Shown one piece after another: positions 24,273-32,000 of a stretch of 32,000 bases of DNA. The notes under the pieces were generated by a model. The model was not told the origin of the DNA, did not search any database, and saw only the letters and a program-made list of their open reading frames with translations. Each line of letters begins with the position of its first letter. The first letter of the stretch is position 1. The translations under genes and the position numbers were made by a program. Where the stretch lies: assembly GCA_010202845.1 (NCBI GenBank), contig CP047921.1, positions 450,001-482,000 of the forward strand, read 5' to 3'. This DNA comes from Candidatus Saccharibacteria bacterium oral taxon 488. Its GTDB lineage: Bacteria; Patescibacteriota; Saccharimonadia; Saccharimonadales; Saccharimonadaceae.

Positions 24273-24929
24273 ATGGCTACAGACTTCCAGGAAAAAGCTT
24301 GTGAAAAGGCTTTGCGTGAGTATCGTAAAAAATATTTAACAAAGAAAGAAAACCTCAATGCTGATGAGTCAACGGCACGCCTGATGGTCAATAGCCTGCT
24401 CAGTGTGGTGCTTGGATATACTCTCATTGACGAGATTAAAACAGAACATATGATTCGTGGTACATATGTTGACTACGTTGTGCAGCTAAATAAGAAAATT
24501 CATTTTATTGTTGAAGCAAAGGCCACCTCTATTGACCTCAATGAGCGCCACCTCAAACAGGCTGTTGACTATGCCTCAAACGAAGGCGTTGATTGGGTGA
24601 TCTTAACTAATGGTCGCTGCGTCGAGCTTCACCGCGTTATCTTTGAAAAGCCGATTCGCTCACAGCGTATTTTTGCCTATGACTTAACCAATTTATCAAC
24701 AATTAGAACTGCAGCAAAGCACCTAGTAAACCTCACCAAGAAATCAGTGCTCAGAGGTGATTTGGATAAATACTGGAAGCGTTTTGATGCGCTAACCGAA
24801 GACAACATGAGAAAGGCTATTAAGTCACCCGATGTTATTCGTAGCCTGAGACTGTTCATTAAGAAAAAGTCGACTATCAACTTTACCGATGCCGAGGTTG
24901 CCAAGGCGATTGACAAACTAATCAGTTAA
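24273..24929 (+). CDS. stand-alone type I restriction enzyme HsdR N-terminal-like (PD-(D/E)xK nuclease fold) protein
   Basis: 218 aa. ESTARLMVNSLLSVVLGY...VDYVV...HFIVEAKA (D...ExK, nt 24471-24521)...QAVDYASNEGVDWVILTNG matches the HSDR_N-type pattern. No helicase, methylase or specificity gene nearby. AT-rich by eye. Confidence 0.65.
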   Translation: MATDFQEKACEKALREYRKKYLTKKENLNADESTARLMVNSLLSVVLGYTLIDEIKTEHMIRGTYVDYVVQLNKKIHFIVEAKATSIDLNERHLKQAVDYASNEGVDWVILTNGRCVELHRVIFEKPIRSQRIFAYDLTNLSTIRTAAKHLVNLTKKSVLRGDLDKYWKRFDALTEDNMRKAIKSPDVIRSLRLFIKKKSTINFTDAEVAKAIDKLIS

Positions 24930-24980
24930 TTACCGTGCTTTCACTAAGGCTAGACCTGTCACCCCGCCAACAATCCCCCG

Positions 24981-25526
24981 CTAGTACAGCTGTGCCCACG
25001 ACGCAACATATCTATTGAGTCCATTTGGGCCGAGCCGCCCTGCACCGATACACTTCAACCTCAACTGCTGACCCAAGCCATTGACCGCAAAGAACGCCGT
25101 TGGATCAGGGCCACGCAGCACTCGTACCGCCCCCTGAATCGGCCGATCATTTAACTCAGCCTTACCAGCCACCGACACCCAGCCGATATAGAATAGCAAC
25201 TGACCAAGCTCGTCACCACTACCCTCAAACTGAGGCTGCAGCACCCCATACTTATTCCAGCCGCCAGCAACTGGCATCTGAAATCGTGGCGTCCGTTTAT
25301 GATCTGGCATCTGGCCCTCAACTCCTGGCATGATAAGTACTTTCTCCGGGTCAACAGCATCCGGGTCAACTTCGTGACATGACCATGGGCTGGAATGATT
25401 AATATCATATGCACGCCCTCCAGCCGTCAGTAGCCGCAGTGGCGATATCGCTACGTCCCCCATTCGTTTTAATAGACCATACGGGAGTGGCCGCAGTGGC
25501 GCTTCACTGTCAAATTGTTCTTTCAT
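24981..25526 (-). CDS. hypothetical protein, paralogue A of a tandem pair (181 aa)
   Basis: ATG 25526 with GGAGGAGG upstream; the track ORF extends to 25634 into the upstream gene. Aligns by eye with the neighbouring gene product: LRPLPYG..DVAISPL..SPWSCHEVDPDAVDP..FYIGW..FFAVNGLGQQL versus LRPEPLP..DVAMRPL..HPWHCRRDIDPSLIDP..FHIGW..FFAVHPDGRQI. Confidence 0.6.
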   Translation of the reverse strand: MKEQFDSEAPLRPLPYGLLKRMGDVAISPLRLLTAGGRAYDINHSSPWSCHEVDPDAVDPEKVLIMPGVEGQMPDHKRTPRFQMPVAGGWNKYGVLQPQFEGSGDELGQLLFYIGWVSVAGKAELNDRPIQGAVRVLRGPDPTAFFAVNGLGQQLRLKCIGAGRLGPNGLNRYVASWAQLY

Positions 25527-25539
25527 ACTCGCCTCCTCC

Positions 25540-26100
25540 TTATAATAATCGTACCTTTGGGTACTTGTTATCACCGAGCACACCGGTGTCCACAATCTCC
25601 AGTCCGATCTGCCTTCCGTCAGGATGTACCGCAAAAAACTCTGTCTCTAGGTGCGCTGGACCACTCAACATTCGCACGTATTGATCATTGATTGGTAGAC
25701 GATGGACTATTGACTGCTTTACCTGGCCACTCCCACGTTCACGCACTATCCAGCCAATGTGAAACGGCGGCTTAGCCCGCAGCACGGCATAATGCCGCCA
25801 GCCAACGAGCCCTGGCGCATGAAAAAGAAAAGAAAAGCGGCCCGGTAGTAGCTCGTCTGTTTCACCATTCGTCGTCACTGTCAGCGCTGGGTCTATCAGC
25901 GACGGATCAATATCACGCCGGCAGTGCCACGGGTGGGTCTCCTGCATACTGTCTCGGCGAAAACCGCCCAACACAAACATCAGCGGCCGCATTGCTACGT
26001 CCGCTATTTTTGTCCACATAGGCAGGGGCTCGGGGCGAAGAGCCGAGTGATTATGTTCGTCTCGCCGTTTCTCCATCATCACCTCGCCAGCGTCAGTCAC
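25540..26100 (-). CDS. hypothetical protein, paralogue B of a tandem pair (186 aa)
   Basis: GTG 26100 with AAGGAG upstream, overlapping the rsmD stop by 8 nt (alternative ATGs at 26079 and 26076). Its stop (25540-25542) lies inside the SD of paralogue A. No known motif. Confidence 0.6.
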   Translation of the reverse strand: MTDAGEVMMEKRRDEHNHSALRPEPLPMWTKIADVAMRPLMFVLGGFRRDSMQETHPWHCRRDIDPSLIDPALTVTTNGETDELLPGRFSFLFHAPGLVGWRHYAVLRAKPPFHIGWIVRERGSGQVKQSIVHRLPINDQYVRMLSGPAHLETEFFAVHPDGRQIGLEIVDTGVLGDNKYPKVRLL

Positions 26101-26644
26101 TTATCTCCTTACGGAAGTAAGTGAGGTGCGCACCCCCATAACTACGATTGTCCACCACAACAATTCCGTTCTGAATTGGCACCTCACCTATTCCTGAGTG
26201 TGATAATACCATATGTCCACCCGGTTTGAGAAGTCCCATCAGTCGCGAGACTGTGGAAAACTGCGGGTTGTGGTATGGTGGATCGGCAAAAATAAGATCA
26301 AACTCCTCTGTTACGCTCATGCTTTCTAGCCAATTTGCTACCGTTGTTTTTATTACAATAGAGTTTTCGCTGGCGCCCACGGTGCTAATATTTTCAGCAA
26401 TCACCCGCTGGGCGACGCGGTCTCGCTCCACGAAAACCACCGACTCAGCACCGCGACTGAGCGCTTCCAAACCAATCGCACCGGAGCCAGCAAAAGTATC
26501 CAGTACCCGCGCGCCACGCACGGTTTCGCCCAGTGAATTGAACATCGCCGAACGGACCCGCTCGCCCATGGGATGCGTCGTCGAGCCGGGCGGCGCCTGG
26601 ATGAATCGTCCGCCAAATTCACCAGCAATGAGCTTAACGCGCAC
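26093..26644 (-). CDS. rsmD: 16S rRNA (guanine966-N2)-methyltransferase
   Basis: 183 aa. IAGEFGGRFIQAP, VLDTFAGSGAIGLEALSRGA (SAM-binding motif), FADPPY. GTG start overlaps the upstream gene by 11 nt. Confidence 0.85.
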   Translation of the reverse strand: MRVKLIAGEFGGRFIQAPPGSTTHPMGERVRSAMFNSLGETVRGARVLDTFAGSGAIGLEALSRGAESVVFVERDRVAQRVIAENISTVGASENSIVIKTTVANWLESMSVTEEFDLIFADPPYHNPQFSTVSRLMGLLKPGGHMVLSHSGIGEVPIQNGIVVVDNRSYGGAHLTYFRKEISD

Positions 26645-27452
26645 GCTGTTCCTCGGCTAGCCACACTGCACTCAGCCAGCCCAGCACCACCGCACGAATA
26701 ATCAGCGGCATCAGTTGACGGTTGGTCTGCCGCGCCAGCTCCGTTGTCCAGCCAGTCTTGGCGAACTTTTCATACATGGCCATATCCGCCACCTCATGAA
26801 CGCAGCCAAGATAAAACGCCCGAAAGCCCGCCTGGCGTACTTCCTCAATGTCGCGCTGCTGCGGCAGGCCAGCAGCAAACCGTTGGTAGGCCACTACGCT
26901 AGCAACACCCGCCTCGAACGCCAGATGCATAGTCATCACGCCCTTTGCGCCCCAAAATTCCCAGTTATTGCGCAGGGTTTTTAACACCGTTTCGCCCGGC
27001 ATGAGGCTCTTTTTGATCAGCGAATTGCGGGTCTCCATGCCCTCACCACGTAGCTGAGCCAATTTCTCCTCCAGTGGAAAATGATGCGGTGGCGTCAAGC
27101 CATCAGTGATCGCGTGAGCCATCCATGCTGCTTCAAACGCTGCTCGCTCACAGTTATCAGCATTAAGCGCTGCTGCGAGATTAGTAATGTGTTGATCAAC
27201 CATCTCGAGGAGCGCCACGTCATTCGGATCATGCGGGTCAATGAAGTGCCACGGCTCATCAACGGCCGGACTTTTACGCTTAATACCATCGGGGCCATTA
27301 TTACCCTCGAAATGCAAAATCTGCCTGCTTGACGGAAAGTTGCACCACGACGGCAATAGCTGCACGATATGTCGCCGCGCGACCCGATCAATTTTTTGAT
27401 GAACACCCATCAGATTGCCTGACTTGGTGTGAAATGTGGTTCCTGAATACAT
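26634..27452 (-). CDS. zinc-dependent phospholipase C / S1-P1 nuclease-superfamily-like hydrolase (putative)
   Basis: 272 aa. GVHQKIDRVARRHI, WHFIDPHDP and AHAITDGLTPPHH fit the H-x3-D-x2-(T/Q)P-x-H metal-ligand pattern of that superfamily. Hydrophobic C-terminal helix (LMPLIIRAVVLGWLSAVWL). Confidence 0.45.
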   Translation of the reverse strand: MYSGTTFHTKSGNLMGVHQKIDRVARRHIVQLLPSWCNFPSSRQILHFEGNNGPDGIKRKSPAVDEPWHFIDPHDPNDVALLEMVDQHITNLAAALNADNCERAAFEAAWMAHAITDGLTPPHHFPLEEKLAQLRGEGMETRNSLIKKSLMPGETVLKTLRNNWEFWGAKGVMTMHLAFEAGVASVVAYQRFAAGLPQQRDIEEVRQAGFRAFYLGCVHEVADMAMYEKFAKTGWTTELARQTNRQLMPLIIRAVVLGWLSAVWLAEEQRAR

Positions 27453-27462
27453 ACTTATCTCA

Positions 27463-29505
27463 CTAATTTAGCGTGGTTAATCGCTGATAGCGACTGACGG
27501 CACGCGCCAGATGCTTATATTGTAGCAAATCCTGCCCCTCTTTGACAAAGCGCTCAGCCTCTGTCTGCGCACGGGCAATCAGCGGCGTGTCGCTCAACGA
27601 GGCAATTTTCAGGTTCAGCGCGCCATGCTGCGCTCGGCCGTAAATCTCGCCAGGGCCGCGCAGTTTCAAATCAACTTCCGCCAGGTAAAAGCCGTCTTGA
27701 GACTTCTCAATTTCCCTGAGCCGCTGGCTCGGCTTGTCGTGACTCGACAACATCAAATGACAAAAACTCTGGTGCTGGCCGCGCCCAACCCGCCCGCGCA
27801 GCTGATGAAGCTGGCTGAGCCCAAAATGATCAGCATTTTCGATGAGCATGACCGTGGCGTTCGGTACATTGACGCCAACTTCCACCACCGTGGTGCTCAC
27901 TAGCATATCAATGTCGCCGTCCGCGAATTGCTGCATAACCGCGGCTTTTTCCTCAGGCGGCAGTTTACCGTGCAACAATCCGACGCGGCGATGACGAAAC
28001 ATCGTTTTTGCCAATTTGTGATATTCCGCCTCGACCGACTTTTTGTCATTGTCAGGATTATCGTCAATCAATGGGCAGATGACATAGGCTTGGCGACCCT
28101 GGGCTAGCTCATGGTCAATGGTTTCATAAAGCTTCGGCGCCGAGGCCGGTGACCAAATTTTCGTTTGAATCGGCTGACGACCGGCCGGCAACTCGTCCAA
28201 AATAGAGATATCCAGCTCGCCATACAAGGTCAACGCCAGACTCCGCGGAATCGGCGTGGCGGTCATGCTGAGCAGATGCGGCATGTAGTCTGACTTTTGT
28301 AGCAACGCCTGCCGCTGCTTGACGCCGAACCGATGCTGCTCGTCGATCACCACAAACCCCAGCTTATGATACGCCACTTTTTCCTGAATCAGCGCGTGCG
28401 TACCAACCACCACGTTAATGGTGCCATTTGCTAAATTGTCCAACAGTTGCCGCCGCACCGCACCCTTGACGTGTCCTGTCAGCAGCGCCACTGACACGCC
28501 AAATGGCGATAATAATTCATCCAGCGTTTTGGCGTGCTGAGTCGCCAAAATCTCCGTCGGCGCCATGATGGCTGTCTGAAAACCAGTCTGCGCCACTTCC
28601 GCCGCTACCAGCCCGGCGACCACAGTTTTGCCCGAGCCAACATCGCCCTGCAGCAGCCTATTCATCGGATATTTGGACTCCAAATCTTGCAAAATCTGCC
28701 ATGCAGCGCGGCGCTGCGCGTTGGTCAGGGGAAATGGTAATTGCTCGACAAATTGCTTGACAACCGGCTGATTGAACGGAATGCTCCAGCCAGTCAACTT
28801 GGTTTGTTCTTGCTTATTTAGCTGCGCTGCCAAGATCATTTCAAACAATTCTTCAAATGCCAGCCGCTCACGACCGCGGGCAATTTCCTGATGATTTTTC
28901 GGCGCATGGAGAAACTTGACAGCTTCCGCGCGGCTGACTAACTTTTGCCGCTGGACGATATGCTCTGGCAGCGTTTCGGGCAAAAACTCCATGACGGGGC
29001 GCAGATTCCTCAGCAAATCCTGCACGGTTTTCGGGCGAAGGTTTTTAATGGATTTGTAGACTGGATGAATGCCCGATGTATGCTGGGCGTCGGACGTATC
29101 TGTTTGCTTGGCCAGTTCAACAGAGGGATTGCTGATCTGATAGCTGTTATATTGCATGCCAAATTGGCCAGAAAACATGAACTCGGCGTCGGATTTGAGC
29201 TGTGACTCACGGTATGGCTGATTAAACCAAACGGCCTTGACCTTGCCAGAATCATCCGCCAGCACCGCCGTGGTAATTCTCAGGCCCCGGCGCACAATCC
29301 GCGTCGAAATCGACTCGCAGCGCGCCCGCACCGTCACCTTGCCCGGCTGAAGATCAGCAATGTTAACCGCCGCCGAATAATCATCATACGCCCGCGGCAA
29401 AAAATCCAAGGCGTCCGCCACCGTCTCCAGACCCGCCGCCGACAGCGCTTGGGCGGTTTTGGGGCCGACGCCTTTGATGTGCGCGAGAGGGGTGGTTAGT
29501 TTCAT
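27463..29505 (-). CDS. recG: ATP-dependent DNA helicase RecG
   Basis: 680 aa. Wedge domain, GDVGSGKT (motif I), DEQHRFGV (motif II), QLHQLRGRVGRG (motif VI). Confidence 0.95.
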   Translation of the reverse strand: MKLTTPLAHIKGVGPKTAQALSAAGLETVADALDFLPRAYDDYSAAVNIADLQPGKVTVRARCESISTRIVRRGLRITTAVLADDSGKVKAVWFNQPYRESQLKSDAEFMFSGQFGMQYNSYQISNPSVELAKQTDTSDAQHTSGIHPVYKSIKNLRPKTVQDLLRNLRPVMEFLPETLPEHIVQRQKLVSRAEAVKFLHAPKNHQEIARGRERLAFEELFEMILAAQLNKQEQTKLTGWSIPFNQPVVKQFVEQLPFPLTNAQRRAAWQILQDLESKYPMNRLLQGDVGSGKTVVAGLVAAEVAQTGFQTAIMAPTEILATQHAKTLDELLSPFGVSVALLTGHVKGAVRRQLLDNLANGTINVVVGTHALIQEKVAYHKLGFVVIDEQHRFGVKQRQALLQKSDYMPHLLSMTATPIPRSLALTLYGELDISILDELPAGRQPIQTKIWSPASAPKLYETIDHELAQGRQAYVICPLIDDNPDNDKKSVEAEYHKLAKTMFRHRRVGLLHGKLPPEEKAAVMQQFADGDIDMLVSTTVVEVGVNVPNATVMLIENADHFGLSQLHQLRGRVGRGQHQSFCHLMLSSHDKPSQRLREIEKSQDGFYLAEVDLKLRGPGEIYGRAQHGALNLKIASLSDTPLIARAQTEAERFVKEGQDLLQYKHLARAVSRYQRLTTLN

Positions 29506-30261
29506 CTAGGAAACGGCGTTGATGCCTTCCAGCGCGTAGGCGGTGTCTTCCCAACCTCTTACTTCTATTGAGTCAACGCCCATTTGTTTGACTGGAAAAT
29601 CATTGCCGCCTTCCTGTAATTTATCGCCAAAGAATAGCGCTTCTTCCTTTGACCAGCCGTTCAGCTCAAGCAGTTTACCAATGCCATAGGCTTTATCAAT
29701 TCCTGGCAGCGTAATGTCAGTACTAGTCGTACCACCAATCCTAACTTCGAGATTTGGCAGTTTCGCCGCCACCTTGTCACGATATACCGGACGGACATCC
29801 TTGTACTTTTCCGCCCAGGCATACTTATCTTCTGGCGACGCCTGCTGACCCAGCGCCGACATGGTAATCTGGCTGTGGCGATCCTCAATAATTTCACCCG
29901 CAGGATTATCGCACCAAATGCCCATCTCTCGAGCAACCTCCTCCAGCACTGCAGTTATCTGAGTTTTTTGCTCATCAGATAAATCGTTCGCATATTGAAT
30001 CTTCCATTCATTATCAGCAGTATCAAATCGATAATACCTAGTACCGCAAGTTGGCATCGCGTGAAACCGCTGAAGCAACTCAGGCTGAACATTAAGCCGA
30101 TCAATCACCTGCTTTTTAATCTGCTGGAATGTGCCGCCCGTAATGACGCACGCGTCATAATTTTCAAGCAACTGGCTAAGAATGCCGGCCATCCGATCGC
30201 TAATTGGTGACTTGGTAATAGCTAGCGTGTCATCCAAATCAAACCCGATAATTTTTTTCAT
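29506..30261 (-). CDS. HAD-IIB family hydrolase (phosphomannomutase-like)
   Basis: 251 aa. GFDLDDTL (DxD nucleophile motif), ITGG, FGDKLQEGGNDFP. The stop abuts the recG ATG and the start overlaps the tyrS stop. Confidence 0.75.
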   Translation of the reverse strand: MKKIIGFDLDDTLAITKSPISDRMAGILSQLLENYDACVITGGTFQQIKKQVIDRLNVQPELLQRFHAMPTCGTRYYRFDTADNEWKIQYANDLSDEQKTQITAVLEEVAREMGIWCDNPAGEIIEDRHSQITMSALGQQASPEDKYAWAEKYKDVRPVYRDKVAAKLPNLEVRIGGTTSTDITLPGIDKAYGIGKLLELNGWSKEEALFFGDKLQEGGNDFPVKQMGVDSIEVRGWEDTAYALEGINAVS

Positions 30262-31490
30262 TATTCCTCTCCTTCCATATTTTCTGCAACTAGAATAAAC
30301 GTATTTTTACCTTTTTTCAACAAAGATTGATTGTTGATGGCTCGGTCATTAGCCAGTTTTTCGCCGTTAAGGCTGATGGCGCCAGATTTGAGCAGGCGTC
30401 TGGCCTCGCCGTTAGAACTGACCGCACCAGAGACCACCAACGCTTCAATCACGCCGACGCCGACATCAACACGTGGAATTTCTTTGGCCAGGGTGTCCAA
30501 ATCATCGTCCGACAGTTGCCGAAAATCGCCGCCGCCAAACAATACTTCCGTCACCCGCTCCACTGATTCGCGCCGATTGACGCCGTGGACGATGTCGGTG
30601 ACTTCACGCGCCAAAACTTTCTGTGCCGAGCGCGCACCTGGATTGACGGCGTGGTTTTCAGCGATGGCCTCAATGGTATCGCGGTCAAGCATAGTAAAGA
30701 TTTTCATGTATTCGATGGCGCTTTCGTCATCAACGTTCAGCCAGAATTGATAGAACTTGTAGACGCTGGTTTTGTTTTCGTCCAGCCACACGGCGCCACC
30801 TTCGGATTTGCCAAATTTACGACCGGTTGATTTGTTGATGAGCAGCGGCGCGGTCATGGCGTAGACTTCGGTGTTTTCTTTTTTGCGGATCAACTCCACG
30901 CCCGAGAGCAAATTACCCCATTGATCGGAACCGCCAATTTGCAAATTAACGCCGTAATGCTTGAACAAGTGCCAGAAATCATAGCCCTGCAGCAACGTGT
31001 AAGTAAATTCAGCAAAACTCAGGCCCTTGCCATTAGCAATACGCGCCTTAAAAAATTCCCGCGTCGTTAACTCTGCCATGTTGAAATTCTTACCAATGTC
31101 GCGGAGAAATGGAATCAGTTCCAGACTGCCCAGCCAATCCGCATTATCCACCAAGGTAAAATCGCGTCCAGCAAAAATTTGCGACACTTGCGCCTTTAGG
31201 GCCCGTTTATTATGCTCAATTTCTGCATAAGAAAGTAAGTTCCGCTCCTCAGTGTCGCGCATATCACCAATCATCCCGGTGCCACCACCAACCAGCAAAA
31301 ACACCCTGTGACCGCGCTCCAAAAAATGCCGCACCATCATATAGACCGCCAGATGCCCGACATGCAAACTGTCCGCCGACGGGTCTGTCCCCAAATAGAG
31401 CGTAAAATTTCCCGAATCAATACGCCCATCATCGGTGAATGTCGCTTGATTCCAAAACCCGCGCCACTTTAGCTCCTCTGATAATTGCAT
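30261..31490 (-). CDS. tyrS: tyrosine--tRNA ligase
   Basis: 409 aa. HVGHL (HIGH), KFGKS (KMSKS) and a C-terminal S4-like domain. AGGAGG SD upstream. Confidence 0.95.
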   Translation of the reverse strand: MQLSEELKWRGFWNQATFTDDGRIDSGNFTLYLGTDPSADSLHVGHLAVYMMVRHFLERGHRVFLLVGGGTGMIGDMRDTEERNLLSYAEIEHNKRALKAQVSQIFAGRDFTLVDNADWLGSLELIPFLRDIGKNFNMAELTTREFFKARIANGKGLSFAEFTYTLLQGYDFWHLFKHYGVNLQIGGSDQWGNLLSGVELIRKKENTEVYAMTAPLLINKSTGRKFGKSEGGAVWLDENKTSVYKFYQFWLNVDDESAIEYMKIFTMLDRDTIEAIAENHAVNPGARSAQKVLAREVTDIVHGVNRRESVERVTEVLFGGGDFRQLSDDDLDTLAKEIPRVDVGVGVIEALVVSGAVSSNGEARRLLKSGAISLNGEKLANDRAINNQSLLKKGKNTFILVAENMEGEE

Positions 31491-31529
31491 ATTCCTCCTT
31501 TTCTGGTTATTAGTATAGCAATTTTATGA

Positions 31530-31557
31530 TTGAAGCGAAACATAGGCGTGATATAAT
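31530..31557 (+). promoter_or_regulatory. PBP promoter TTGAAG-16-(TGa)TATAAT, 6 nt before GTG 31564
   Basis: TTGAAGcgaaacataggcgtgaTATAATaatactGTG. Confidence 0.5.
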
Positions 31558-31563
31558 AATACT

Positions 31564-32000
31564 GTGAACAAGAAACCCTCAGATAAGCAGTCGGACGCCA
31601 GCGCAAAATCGGCGCCGTCGCGTCCGCATCCAAAGCCGGCAAAACGGCTGAGTGTCTATGCAAACTTGGCGAATAAGCGTCGGCTCAAGAAGGATAAGCG
31701 CTCCCGCGAAAAAGCAGAGTACCTGGCGAGCCTACCAAAGCACCCCGTCAAGCGGTTCTTTTACCGCCTTCATCCGAAGCGCGTCTTTCGCTACTGGTTC
31801 TCCAAGCGCGGCGGCTTAATGGCGCTCAAGATCCTTGGCGTCGCCATTGTTGCGGTGATTATCCTGATCGGCGGCTTGTTCGCCTACTTCCGCAAAGATC
31901 TCGACAAGATCCGCCCAGGCGAACTCGCCAAGCGCGTCCAAACGACCGTCACCAAATACTATGACCGCAACGGTGCGCTGCTCTGGGAAGATAAGGGTAC
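31564..32000 (+). CDS. class A penicillin-binding protein (PBP1A-type), N-terminal fragment; runs off the right edge
   Basis: Not in the ORF track (no stop in window). From GTG 31564, hand translation gives a basic cytoplasmic tail (KRRLKKDKRSREK), a TM helix (LKILGVAIVAVIILIGGLFAYF) and the start of a glycosyltransferase-51 domain (TKYYDRNGALLWEDKG). Confidence 0.7.
   Translation, partial: MNKKPSDKQSDASAKSAPSRPHPKPAKRLSVYANLANKRRLKKDKRSREKAEYLASLPKHPVKRFFYRLHPKRVFRYWFSKRGGLMALKILGVAIVAVIILIGGLFAYFRKDLDKIRPGELAKRVQTTVTKYYDRNGALLWEDKG

Noticed and set aside
26226-26660. 144-aa plus-strand ORF opposite rsmD; similar cases at 4202-4657, 17906-18322 and 30331-30750
   Set aside because: All are antisense to genes with diagnostic motifs (rsmD, tig, SPFH, tyrS) and have Ser/Arg-rich low-complexity translations.
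31469-31663. 64-aa minus-strand ORF spanning the tyrS/PBP intergenic region
   Set aside because: It overlaps the tyrS start and the PBP N-terminus. The plus-strand PBP frame gives a typical basic-tail, TM and GT51 start.
1-32000. CRISPR arrays, rRNA, tmRNA, RNase P or SRP RNA, and alternative genetic code (UGA recoding)
   Set aside because: There are no regularly spaced direct repeats. All spacers are under 280 bp and none shows the conserved cores of these RNAs. Conserved genes end cleanly at TGA, TAG and TAA, and no in-frame stops interrupt them, so the standard bacterial code fits.

Overview
Compact, gene-dense bacterial chromosome segment: about 37 protein genes (2 truncated by the window edges), 7 tRNAs, no rRNA, CRISPR array, transposase or integrase. 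Standard code; TGA, TAG and TAA all act as stops. Most genes are recognisable housekeeping genes: dcd-folA-thyA, clpP, tig, hisS, a SpoU/TrmH methyltransferase, a GlcD-like FAD oxidase, typA, rarA, ddl, an SPFH protein, rsmD, recG, tyrS and a class A PBP. There is also a glycoside-hydrolase set: GH37 trehalase, a membrane-anchored GH16 and a GH13 alpha-glucosidase. The tight packing, overlapping stop/start codons, tRNAs with encoded CCA and many orphan proteins suggest a reduced-genome bacterium, possibly Patescibacteria/Saccharibacteria-like; that is an impression and cannot be shown from this sequence. Orphan genes sit between the core genes in islets that look more AT-rich by eye (2819-4198, 7593-8314, 10382-10942, 18342-19330, 21214-22517, 24197-24950). 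Main leads: (1) a 381-aa orphan next to a tRNA pair that carries RelA/SpoT-type (RSH, toxSAS-like) motifs at correct spacing but seems to lack the catalytic EIQIRT strand. (2) Two translationally coupled paralogous orphans after rsmD, where coaD usually sits. (3) A small ORF bounded by a perfect 13-bp inverted repeat, preceded by five TTGAC(A/T) boxes and a long structured leader. (4) Widespread leaderless gene starts, with near-consensus -10 boxes 6-10 nt upstream of the start codon. (5) An HEXXH protease with a Tat-type signal and an orphan PD-(D/E)xK HsdR-N-like protein. All calls come from reading the sequence and ORF translations by eye; no searches were run.
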